A DNA stretch of 64,000 bases from Fonticula alba ATCC 38817. Lineage: Eukaryota; Protista; Nucleariida. The translations under genes were made by a program, and so were the position numbers. The notes under the pieces are model-generated. The model was given only the letters and a program-made list of their open reading frames with translations, made no database searches and was not told the origin of the DNA. Location: the NCBI GenBank assembly GCA_000388065.2, contig KB932201.1. One strand, 5' to 3'. Shown here piece after piece: positions 1 through 11,351 of the stretch (the stretch's first letter is position 1; the number at the start of each line of letters is the position of its first letter).

Positions 1-599
1 GGCGCCGGGAGCCGGCCCGGCCAGTGCCAAGCCCGGCGGCAGGGCACTGGGCTCAGTCGGACCGGCCCCCGGGGCCGCCACGCTCCCCGCCCCGGGACCT
101 CCTGGGGACTCGGCCACAAAGGGATCCGGCGCCAGAGGAAGCCACCCAGAACGGATGATCCGTGTGGCGAGCAGGCTCGTCATGCGGGCCAGCAAAATCC
201 GATCCGACGGGTCGATGAACAGGGCCGGATGCTGGGAATGCTGCGGGTGGGGGCGCTGAATGCCGCGGCCGTGCCTGCCACGACGGTCCTCCCCCTCCTC
301 CGTCGGCTGCTCTTCTTCATGCTGGTAGTGCTGCCGGTGGTGCCGAAGGAAATGATCACTCGCCGACTCCTCCAGAGCGTCTCCCGATTGGCCAGCCAGC
401 ATGAGCGTCGCGTCATGGTGATTGTACCGGTCATCATCCAGCCCCCCGGGCGAGGAACGCCCAGAGGGCCGATGGCGGTGAAGGTGGTAGGGATGGCGCT
501 GGCGGCCACAGGGACGGCGACGGCGGAGATGATCAGGGGTGTCATCACCGACGTCGTGCTCCTCCTCGCTACCAGCCTCGTGAGCACTGTCGAGGCCCG

Positions 600-630
<31 letters not shown>

Positions 631-936
631 ATGGTCATCAGTGTCCTCAAGGTCATCATCATCATCGTCGTCGTCGTCGTCGTCGTCGTCGTCATCATCA
701 TCGCCATCATCGTCGTCGTCGTCATCATCGTCATCGTCGTCGATGCTACTGCCGCCAAGATGATCGCAGAGGTACCCGTCGCTGTCCGGCAACTGGAGGC
801 TAGCCGGATCATCAGCAGGCAGTGAGCAGATGGAGATGCTGATGCATCCAAACGCAAAGGGAGTATGGTCAGCCACCAGGGGGAAGGGGGGCGGGGGAGC
901 AGAGAATGATGAGAGGACCCCAGAGAAGACCGCCTC

Positions 937-1016
<80 letters not shown>

Positions 1017-2469
1017 ATGTACGTACCAGAATGACACGAAGCGTGTGAAAAAGCTGGACAGAATGCTCACCACCTGAGGATGAATGTCGCTCGTGGAGAA
1101 GTGTGCCGTCTGCTCCATGATCCCGGCCAAGCTGAGAACCACGCCAAGGATTTGCACGCTGAAGTAATTCGGCCGGGTCAGGCCCGACAACAGCAGTCCA
1201 TACAGATAGAGCATGGACGTTGTCTCAAACCTCCGGTAGGGGCTGCACAGCCGCCGGGCCGGTCGATCACGGACACCAAGTAAGTAACCCTGTATGAGGG
1301 GGGGGGGGGGGAGCGCCTCGACGCGCGTGGCGAAAGGGGAAAGCAACACGCACCGGCAGATCATGTCCGCCTGAAGGGTCAACTGGGCGAGGATCATCCC
1401 CAAGAGCGAGGGATTGTGCTCGGCAAATTGATGAAGGTAGAGTTTACGTCCGTCGGCCCCGGCTCCGGCTCCGATTCCGGGCCCGGTCCCAGCCCCGGAG
1501 GGGAGGCCGGGATCTGAGTCAGCTCGCGGCGGCCGGTAGATGTCCGTCAAAATGAGGCACAACTCAGTGCCAGAGCAATTGGATGACATTTGTAGGAGTT
1601 CCTGCAAAAATACCAGAAAGAGGCGGACCAAGCAATCGCAATGCGTAAGTGGCTGACCTCTTGCCTCCTTTCATTGAGGGCTCTCCTCTCGCCTCGCCCT
1701 CCCCCCCCCCTCTCCCTCTCCCAGGAAAAATAATGGGCGGGACACAGGCTGCGCACCAGTTGCCGATCGGTAGAAAGGGGCCCTTGGCAGCCGAGAATGA
1801 TTTGCTCCAGCATTTTGGCCGATTTTTCTGTCAAGCCCACAGGCAGTGAGCGGCATGCCGGGTCAGTGAGCGCGCGGCGGGGGAGGCACCAAATAAAGCC
1901 AGGCATCCAGTGTCGTACCTCGATCGAAAGCATGGCGTTGAGCTCGCGGGGTCCCGTCATGGGAGAGGTCGTGACTGGACCCGGGGGAGGGGTGCCCGCC
2001 GAAGCCGCCGCTGGCTTGAATTCCGGCTTCGGAACTGGGCGGGCCTGGGGCTGGTTCGGAGGCCGGGATCCCGGGCGAGCTACCATGGCCCAGGCCATGC
2101 GACTGCTGTCCAAGACCAAAGGCCGAGAGTGCCAGCGAGGGGCTCTGGCTTGAGCACTCGAGGCCGCCCGCCGGTGGGTGCGCCGGATGCCCAGCAGAGT
2201 GCGATGAATGCGACAAGAAGGGCTCTGAGGTGCTGGTGGCGGCGGCGGCGGCGGCGGCGGTGGCAGCGACAGCGGCAGCAGCGGGCCCGGCCGTACGACA
2301 TGCTGGCAATCAACGCACGATGGGTCAGGCAACATGAGCAAGGGGGCACGCGCGATTACAGGCCCGGGAGAAGCGCACCATGTACAGGGGGAGCCGGTAC
2401 GGGCCAGGGGACATCGTCCTCATCATCTTCAAGATCATCGCTGTTATCACAACCGTCATCATCGTCATC

Positions 2470-2519
<50 letters not shown>

Positions 2520-5500
2520 GGTCACTGTGGTCGTCGTCGTCGTCCTCGTCGTCCTCGTCGTCCCCATCGTCATCATCATCATCATCGTCCTCGTCATCAT
2601 CGTCGTCGTCCTCGTCGTCGTCGTCGTCGTCGTCTGCACTATCCAGCTCGTACCCATCTTCCTCATCCTCGCTGCCCTGGTCCTCGCCATCCGGAACAGA
2701 GCGCAACGCAAGCCCCGACAGGGCACCGGTGGACCCCGCGTCGGCTGACGCCGAGTGGGACTCCCGGTGGCGGAGCTCCGCCCGGTAAACGGCCTCCGTG
2801 GCGTCATTGAGCGCGGAGTTGGCCGCCATCGAGGCGGCCGACACATTAGACAGGGCCACATTCAGATCACTGAGCATGGCGTCGTCCCAGGCAAATTGCG
2901 GTGAAATCAGGGCCGGATACATCCAGGGGATGTCCTGGTCAACATCCGACTCATCACTCAGGCCATTGAAATCCCCGAGACTGTCGATGTACGTCTGCAA
3001 GTCCAGATCCACCATCTCGATGGAGGAGTCGGCAGGTCGAGACTGGGCCTCATCGGAGGCCAGGCTGGCAGCCGCGTCGCCAGCGGCCTCGCCCCGGCCC
3101 CGGCGCATGCGAAAGGCCGCGGCCACCGGATCCAGGAACACTGACCGGTCGAACTGATCCAGGCCAAAGGCCAGTGCCTGCTCCGCCGCATCCAGGTCCA
3201 TCTCCGGCAAGCTTGCCAACGTGGCCGAGCAATCCGGGAACATGTCAGCCAGCAGGTGCGATGCCAGGCGCGGTGTCAGTGCCTCGAGCTGCCGCTCGAA
3301 GTCCGAATCCGAGGCCACCCCACCGACTTCGACCCCGAGACCCTCCTCTGCAGGGGGAACCCGGACCAGCGGGTCCAGCAGGCAGACCGGCATCGGGGGC
3401 TCCGTGGCCGAGGGGGAATCCCCATCCAGGGCCACCGACAGGGCCGGGCCCGGGCGAGTGCCGGCCGACGGGGCATACCCAAACACCGAGAAGGGGAAAT
3501 ACGGGATGGAAGGCGTCTCAAAGAGCCACATCGGGGCATAGTGCGAGGGGGGCAGCGAGGAGGCCAGCAAGCCATCCGGGCTGATCGCGGTATCGACTGG
3601 GGTCATGCGCGCGGCATCCTGTGCAATGGTCAGGGTGGTGGCCTGGGCGGCAGCCAGGGCCGCTGCGCGCTCCCGGGCGTTGGCCTTGGCGGCGGCCAGC
3701 GCCGCGGCCGCGGCCGCATTATTTCGCCGCCCTGCGCGCCCACCCCCGGCCGGGGCTCCCCGTGGAGTGATCACCGGCGGGTGAAGCTCAGACCCCCCGC
3801 CGAGGGAAGATCCCCCGCCGGGGCCAGGGCCGCTGGCAGATTGGTGCCCGGATGCCGACCCTCCGGCCGCCCCGGCCAGCAGGGCCCCGGTAGGATCAAT
3901 GCTCTGCGCATAGCGAAGGAGATCCCCATATGGGATGACCGAAGGCGAGAAGCTAACCAGGCCGAGATCCGGCCCTGAAGAAGGGCCCCCGGACTCCGGG
4001 CTGACACCTATCCCCGGGGCTTCGGCCGCCGGGCCGCCATGTCTCAAAATGCTCAGATCCCGAGAGAGGGACAGCAGCGACTTGCTGCTGGGCCGGAAGA
4101 GGGCCAAGGACAGGGGATCCGGCGTGTGGAGCTTGGCCGCCACCGCCAACGATGTGGAGTGCGCCAACAGGGGCCCAAGGAAGCCGGCCACACCACTGGC
4201 CACCAGCGCTGTCAAGGTTACATGCGCCAACCGGCGGAAGTCCTCCGTTTGCAGGAAGTCCTCCGTGTCGACAGCCACGCCGACCGACGATGCCGGGGAA
4301 TCAACGCGACCACGGCCAGCGCCAGTGACGCCGCCGCCCGGCCCGGTCCGCCGCTGAGGTCCGCCAGAAGAGGAGGCGCCGCCAGCCGGCGAGTGTTGCG
4401 GCGGCGGTGGCGACTGGTGCTGCTGCTGCGGATGTTGCTGCTCGGCCAGCGAGGAGCCCAGCACCCCGGGGACCGGACCGGCCTTTAGGTGGCCGCCGGA
4501 CCGGTGCGACGAGAGAATCAGCTGCGCCTCTCGGGGAAGGGGGTCCGGCTCGGGAGAAGGCATGGTGTGGGGGAAGAAGGGCAAGCAGTCTGCCGTGGTG
4601 GTGGTGGTGGTGGTGCTGCTGCTGCTGGTGCTGGTGCTGGTGCTGGCGCTGGCGGTGGCATCGGCCGAGGCCGGAACCGGCCCCGACGACCGAATGGAGA
4701 TGTTTCCCAACCCGAAGGACAGCGGGACAGACACCCGTGCCGAGCCGCCATCCAGCGGGGCATCTGCCAAGTGCGCCGGCCAGTCGGCATGCGTTGTCCC
4801 GGCTCCGAAGGCGAAGGGACTGGCCTCGGCCATGGTCGAGGGGGCATTGCTGCCAGCGGCGCCCGCCGGACCACCCGCCGAGAAAGCCCCCTCGGCATCA
4901 AAGAGCGCAGCCACAATGTGAGGAAGTTGATGTGACAAACGGATCGGATCCATGTGCAGGATGCGTAGCAGTTGGAGGAAAACCACCCAATTGGCTCGGA
5001 GGAGCTCGCAAGCTGAGCACTCGCGCCGGGGTTTGGTCGAACCGCTGCCGCCGGGCCCGCCGCCGCCGCCGCTGCCGCCGCCGCGATTAGCCGGCGCTGA
5101 CGACACCGGCTCCGGGCATGGACCCCCCTGAGAGCAGGGCGCCCCGGTGCCAATGGCCACGGCCAACTGCATGCGCAAAAAGAGAGCCACAAGGGCAGCA
5201 AACGGCCGGGCCAGGGACTGTGCCTGGCTGCCGATGTTGCCGGTGCTCCCAGAGCCGGCACCGCTCGCGCCACGGCCCCCACCAGACCCTGTGGCGCCGG
5301 TCGATCGGGCGCCCTTCCGGCCGACATCGCGCCGGCTCGCGGTCGGCCCGGGCCACGATCCCGAAGCTCCCGGGGCGTCGGATCCCAGCAGGGCTTGAAC
5401 AGGCTCAGTCAGATACGGGTCCGCCGGGGCCGGGAATGCCGGGCCTTGATATGTGCGACTGGCCCAGGCCTCCAACAACGGCAGGAAGGGGTGCGAGTCG

Positions 5501-6366
5501 ACCGGGCGCACTCCGGTCGCTGGGATCGCCGGGAGCTGGCTGCCGGCACCGAAAGCGATCTGATCCAGTCCAACCAAGGCGTCGACGTCCAGGAAGATCG
5601 GCGGCACAGGCTCAACCAGAGGCGCCGGGCCTGTCTGGGGCTCGGATGGTGTGGCTGGTGCCGATGATGCCGATGATGCCGATGATGCCGATACTGCTGT
5701 GGCCGCCGCAAAGACCGGCAGATAATCGCAATACAGGAGACCGAGCACGGCCAGGGAATAGGCCTGCAGGGCCGGGCAGGTCACAAGGCCGGCCTTTTTG
5801 TTTATCCCACGCACGAGGCACAGCCCCCAACATCCAAGTCAGTGATTGACGGCACACGCGAAGGAGACACACGGGGGGGAGGGGGGGGGGGGCGCGGAGA
5901 GCAGGAAACCGGAGATCAAAGATCTTACACACCTCGAGCATCTGTCCGAGCACCAAGCCGGCGGTGTCGCGCTCATGCACGCCGAACGTCCGCAAGAAGC
6001 CCACAAGGGCACCGAGGAAGGTGACCGGCGCCTGGGTGGAGCCCTGGCAGAAATCGCACTCATGTCCGTCCGGCAGGAAGGACGCCGCGAGGCTGCGACT
6101 GCCAGGACCACCGCCGCGCCGACGTGCTGGCGGTACTGCCGCTGGCGGTGATGGCTCCACACCGGCGGCCGGGACCTCCGTACGTAGCCAGGCAAAAGAA
6201 ACCACCGTGGCGTAGTAGGCTTGGTTGGCGTCGGAAATCCCGGCGTTAATCCGGGCCTCGGCCGGGAGAGTCGGCACACCCGCCATGCCGGACTTCGACC
6301 TTCGCGCGGTGGCCGGGGGCGTCAGGAGACCTCCCGGGGCCGGGGCCAGGATGGCGCCCGCAGCAG
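1..6366 (-). CDS. Very large multi-exon hypothetical protein with low-complexity linkers and two poly-Asp tracts; runs off the left edge of the window
   Basis: Manual splicing joins several ORFs with phase-consistent GT-AG introns. Approximate exons: 6366-5930 (MAGVPTLPAEARINAG...LGQMLE), 5763-2375 (AYSLAVLGLLYC...poly-D), 2302-1919, 1827-1757 (KSAKMLEQIILGCQGPLSTDRQL), 1604-1027 (ELLQMSSNC...FTRFVSF) and 792-1 (LPDSDGYLCDHLGGSSI-polyD...), which is still open at base 1. No family recognised; the start is uncertain (in-frame ATG at 6286). Confidence 0.7.
601..743 (-). repeat. GAC/GAT trinucleotide tract encoding poly-Asp (tract 2 of the large gene)
   Basis: Plus strand is (gtc/atc)n; the minus frame reads DDDDDDDD...LEDTDDHDDDD. 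Confidence 0.9.
940..1015. repeat. (GT)n microsatellite inside an intron
   Basis: Uninterrupted gtgt run of about 75 nt. It explains the HTHTHT/CVCVCV stretches in the ORF track. Confidence 0.97.
2455..2634 (-). repeat. GAC/GAT/GAG tract encoding an Asp/Glu-rich stretch (tract 1 of the large gene)
   Basis: ORF 2356..5814 ends in DDDDDDEDDDDDEDDDD... Confidence 0.9.
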
Positions 6367-7259
6367 CTGCAAGGAGGGAAGGAGATTGGAGAGGGGAGGT
6401 GGAAGGGGCGGAATGGGGGGGGGGGGGGTGGGAAGATGCGTATTCCGCCGCCTGAACCTCCTCCCCCCTCCCCTCGCATCCTCTTCTCATGGCGCGGGGG
6501 GGGGGGGGGGGGGCGGCGAGGGGCGGCGCGCAGACATATGGCCATATACTTCCGTCTCTCTCTCTCTGCGGCCTCCTCCCCCTCCACGCCACTGTTCTCC
6601 TCCCTTGTCCTCCCGCCACTGTCCAACATCATTTTTTTCCTCTGTGTGCGCTCCAGTTGAGCGCACATGTGTGTGTGTACACGCGCGCGCGCGCGCGCGA
6701 GCACACGAACGCGTGCCTACCCCCCCCCCTCCCCCCTGCGCATGGCCTGCGCGTCGGGCTGTCATCATTCTCTCGCCCCCCAAAATGAATATAGATTTCT
6801 TGTGCCTTCCTCTGTGTGTGTGCGCGCGCGCGCGCATGCATGCATACCGCCTGCTTGTGACTTTACCGAGGTTCCCCTCTCGAGCATCAGCAGAGCTTGT
6901 GTGGATTGTGGGGGGTATATTTGTTGGGGAAAGGGAGAGGAGGGCAGGGAGAAGGTCACGCCTCGAGGGGGGGGGGGGGAGGGGCACACAAGGGAAGAGG
7001 TTGAGGGGAGGGGGGGGGGGAAAGAGGCAGGACGAACTGACGCCCCGACGGGGGAAAGCGTGAGGGCGTGCGTGCAGGGACGCACGCCGCTCGCTGCGCC
7101 GCCAGCCACAAGCTGGCGACTGGCAAGCGCAGGATCGCAACAAGGACGGATGGCGAGGCCGCCGGGCAGGGGGGAGGGAGCAGCAGCAACAGCCGCAGCA
7201 GCAACGGCCGCAGCAACGGCCGCAGCAACGGCCGCAGCAACCGCAGCGGCCGTGGTAGC

Positions 7260-8173
7260 TTAATCGGAGCTGTTGCCGGACCGACGGTTGCGACCACCGG
7301 CACCGCCGCCGCGGCCACCGCCGCGACCGCCGCCGCGGCCGCCAGAGCGGTATGTGCTGGAGGTGCCATCGCGACGGCCTGTCTGGTTGCCGCCGTCGCG
7401 AGGGGCCATGGCGGAGGAGGCCTCGCGCGCCTCGCGCGCCTGGGCGCGGCGGGCGTTCTGCTCCTCGATCGAAGCGATGACCTGCGATACGCGTGACCGG
7501 GCGCGGGGGAGGGGGGTACAGATAGCCAGGGCGTGAGCATGGGCGGGGCCAGGGGCAAGGAGGCAGCGCAGGTGTCACAGTGTCGGCGCACCTCATCCGA
7601 AACACGGACGGTTCGGAACTGATTCCCGCGGATGTAGAGCTCGGGGATCTTGAAGAAGCGGGCATCCTACGAGCAAGGAGGGGGAGCGGGGGGAGGAGGA
7701 GGAGGGAGAGGGACGCGAATGGTCAGAGCCGCTGGCGGGGGCAGCACAAGCAGGAAGGCCGGTCGCAGAGGGAGCCGCGTCGCCCGGGGGCACACGCACC
7801 CGGGTGGTGAGGATGACGTCGCGCAGGGTGATGTTCATGAAGGAATCCGAGGCCACCAGGACACCGTTGTAAACCAGGCCGTTCTTCATCTCGACGGACT
7901 GCACAGCGTCGGAGTGAGGGGGAGGGGGAGAGAGAGAGAGAGAGAGGGAGGGAGAGAGAGGGAGACGACATCAGCGGGCGAAAGGGGGGGGGGGGCCGAG
8001 GCGGGTGTGGAGGCTGCGCGGCGGAGGAGAGGGAGAAACGCACCACAGTCAGGCCGACGCAGGCCTGGATGAGGGCGGTCGGGAGCTGCGGGCGAGGGGG
8101 CGGGAGGCATGTTAGACCAGGCAACGGCGGTCGCGGAGGGCAGCGACAGCAGCATGACGGCAACGGTAATGGC

Positions 8174-8209
<36 letters not shown>

Positions 8210-8265
8210 TGCGAAGGCGCGGGAGGAGGACCGGGCGCTGGGTGTCGGGCACGACGCACCACCAT
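7260..8265 (-). CDS. LSM4: U6 snRNA-associated Sm-like protein LSm4 (5 exons)
   Basis: Spliced product: MV|LPTALIQACVGLTV|SVEMKNGLVYNGVLVASDSFMNITLRDVILTTR|DARFFKIPELYIRGNQFRTVRVSDE|VIASIEEQNARR...[14 protein letters not shown]...SSD*. The Sm1 and Sm2 motifs and the basic RGG tail match LSm4 (VELKNGETYNGHL..CDNWMNINL; FW.MPECYIRG). Confidence 0.88.
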
Positions 8266-9134
8266 GTTGGATGGATGTGTGGATCAAGGGAGGAAAATGA
8301 GGGTGCGCGCGCGCGCAGATCCGGAGCGGCGGGGNNNNNNNNNNCCCCCCCCCTCGCCGTGGCTGGCTCGACGTGGTAATTTGCGGGCGTCTAGAATTTT
8401 CACTAACACAACGCCATGCCCGGAAACGCACGCGCGCGCGCGCGCGCACGCACTGAAAGGCAGTGCCAAGTGGCGAACGGGCAGGAAAGCCCACGAGCGA
8501 GGGCCGGCCCGGGAGAAGGCGCAAGCCCAGCTAGCGTGAACCATCCGCGCAGAGTTCGGCCCCGCGTGCGGGATCAGATGGTGTGCATCTGCCCTGATGA
8601 GGGCCAGTTGGTCCCCCCCCCCCCCTCCCCCCCTTCCCCGAGCCGTGTAACTCTGCAAACAACGGCCGTCGCTGGCCACAGTCAACGGCCACTCACAAAC
8701 GGACGCCCACGCACCCGACCACCTGCCGGCAGATGAGGCTAATGGGGGGAGGGGGGCCGATTTCGCGAAGAAAGGCAGGCACAGACAGACTGCCGCGGGG
8801 GCGGGGGGATGCCAGGCGCGCAAGTCCGAACACGGCCCCGGGAGCGCGCAGGTGCCGACTTTTCAATTCCCCCCGCCCCCTCCGTTCCCCCCGCTGCACC
8901 GGGGCCCCGGTGATGGACACGGCGTGCTCTACACGGCTCGAACGCGCTCATCAGCCGGGGCACCGTGGGCCGCATCCGGGCCGAGCAGATCGAAGTGCAG
9001 GTAGCGAGGTCCCAACGGATGGGCGCCCAGAGGCATCATGCGTCTGTGTCGCCCCCTCTCCTTGCCATCCGCTTCTGTGTGCTTTACATTCTCTGCCCCC
9101 GTACTCCATCTTCTGGGGAAGAGCCCTGGGGCGT

Positions 9135-9181
<47 letters not shown>

Positions 9182-9509
9182 AGGAAGGAGCAAGGGAGAC
9201 CTCTCCACATGCGCAAGACACGGTCAGACACCGTGGACCCGCCCGGAGACTTGCCTTGCTCAGCATGCCCTATAGTCCCACTCCGATCTGAGCTCCCTGC
9301 TCCACCCACAGGCCCCTGTGGTGCGCGGTCCTGCCGCCATGCCGCATCGGTAGCCCGCATGCCTGCACACATCTTTCAAACAATGCCCCCTCTCCTCCTG
9401 CCCCGCCACCGCCCGCGCGCGACGGGAGTCCTCTCAGTGACGCCATGGGGTCTTCTATTGTGTCGGGGGAGGGGGAGATGTGAGGGGAATAGAGGGGGAG
9501 GGCGACAGA

Positions 9510-9650
9510 CTACTGCCACCACTTCTCCAGGCCAAGACCGTCCTGGTTGGCCGCGGCCTGCATGTTCGGAGGGGGGAGACAGGGACATGATCGAAGGTCA
9601 GTGCAAGATGACAGAGGAGCCGGGCGGAAGGCAGGAGGAGGGGGAGGGGG

Positions 9651-9683
<33 letters not shown>

Positions 9684-10637
9684 GGAGGGAGGAAGGGGGA
9701 GGAGCAAAAGGCGAGACGCGAGACGCACAATCAACGAGAAAGGCGGTTGAGTGGGGGCGGCTTCACTGGTGTCGGCCTGCTCTTCCGCCGGGAAGGCGCC
9801 CGGCGTGGCGGCGGTGGGCTTCTTGAACTGCTCGAAATACACATGCTCCACAATGCGGAAGCGGATGCGGTTCTCCACATCCATATAGAGCTTGTTATCA
9901 AAGTAGTTCCACACCCAAACCTGCTCCTCGTGGTCGCTGCCAGCCAACACCCAGGTAACATGGGAGGTGTCGATGTTAGAGCAGGGCATAGGTCCCCCGT
10001 GAGCGCGGGGGAAAAACAGGGGCAAATGGTCGCACAGAGCAGGCGCCAATACACATCGAGGCACGCACAAAACCGTGTTCTCCTGGAGCTGGTCCGCCGG
10101 AATGAGGATGTCCTCGAAGAAGCCCAACGTCACGAAGACACCCTCGGGGGTGCACTTCTTAATGCGCCCGGAAAGGATCTGCCCGACGAATGGCCGGAAG
10201 ACAATATACGTGAAGGTGACTGGCAGACGATCAAGCGAGGAGCAGATGCAATGGCATGACAGTCAGAACACCACTGTGGCAGGGCATCTCGCCTGGAAGG
10301 ATGAGGGCGGACGGAGGGCGGACAGAGGGCGGACAGAGGGCGGACAGAGGGCGGACGGAAGGCGGGCGGAAGGCGGGCGGGGGGGGGGGGGGGGGGGGGG
10401 GGGGGGAGGAACACCATAAAAGCACACACCCTTTACATGGGTGCACCCATCGGCCGGGACAACCAGCGGGTCACCGACCGAGTGCAGCTCAAACAGGCTA
10501 ATGCAGAGGCCTACCCGCTTGACCACCTTGTTGGCATACTTCTTGTTCAGCTCATCGATCACTGCGTCCGAGAGCTTCTTTCTGAAGTCCGCCGGCGCGA
10601 TGCGCACGCTGTCGGAAAACTTCACCAGGACAAACAT
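9510..10637 (-). CDS. POLR3H: RNA polymerase III subunit RPC8/C25 (Rpb7 family), multi-exon
   Basis: MFVLVKFSDSVRIAPADFRKKLSDAVIDELNKKYANKVVKRVGLCISLF..., VTFTYIVFRPFVGQILSGRIKKCTPEGVFVTLGFFEDILIP, EEQVWVW, LYMDVENRIRFRI and the C-terminal QDGLGLEKWW* are Rpc25 hallmarks. Confidence 0.96.
10303..10380. repeat. 11-bp minisatellite (GAGGGCGGACA-like, about 7 units) in a POLR3H intron
   Basis: gagggcggacg gagggcggaca x3 gagggcggacg gaaggcgggcg gaaggcgggcg, followed by a poly-G run. Confidence 0.9.
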
Positions 10638-11073
10638 CCTGGCCGCGGGCGGGTAGAGACAAAGGGCGGGTGTATACCAGACGGGGAGGGGGTGGGGATG
10701 GGAAAGGAGGTAGGGGGAGTTTGCGCGGCAGGCGTCGGTGAAGGAGGCAGCGGCGAGGCGGGCAAAGAGAGAGGGGGAGGGAGAGGGAGGGAGGGAGATG
10801 CATGCCATCGAGTGGCTGGTGCTCTCGGGGTCTCCGACCCCGGTCCTCAAGAAAGACTCACTCTTGGAGGATGCTGCATCCGTCCCAAGTGTGACTCCGC
10901 CCGGCAACGATCAGTCCCACTGCCAGGGGAGGGGGGAGGGGGGGGCACCGTGCAGGTGAACTCTCGTGCGTGGGTGTCCCCCGCTGGCCCCCAGGCTCCG
11001 ACGGACGACCACGCGATCGGAAGCATTGGCATCTGGTCGTGGGAGCTTGAGCACATCGCGGCGGCATGTTCTG

Positions 11074-11078
11074 GTGTG

Positions 11079-11114
<36 letters not shown>

Positions 11115-11128
11115 TGTGTGTGTGTGTG

Positions 11129-11175
<47 letters not shown>

Positions 11176-11200
11176 GTGTGTGTGTGTGTGTGCGTGCGTG
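11074..11200. repeat. Compound (GCGT)n/(GT)n microsatellite, intergenic
   Basis: Directly visible in the sequence. Confidence 0.95.
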
Positions 11201-11351
11201 CTTGTGTGTGGGTGTGTGCATGTCCGCCATGCTGGTATCTGCACATGCCAGAGACAAGTTCCATGTGTCGGGCCGGCAGTCGCCAGGAAAGACTCGGTGT
11301 ATATTTTTCTTTGCCGCATCTCGCAGCACGCGCCCGCCCCCGCACGGTGGC

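Noticed and set aside
229-825. Val/Ile-rich 'membrane protein' ORFs (229..825 and 2380..2748, plus strand)
   Set aside because: They are the reverse complement of the poly-Asp codon tracts, not real TM proteins.
6487-7665. 392-aa minus ORF and overlapping ORFs around LSM4
   Set aside because: They are out-of-frame read-through of LSM4 exons, introns and 3' UTR repeats.
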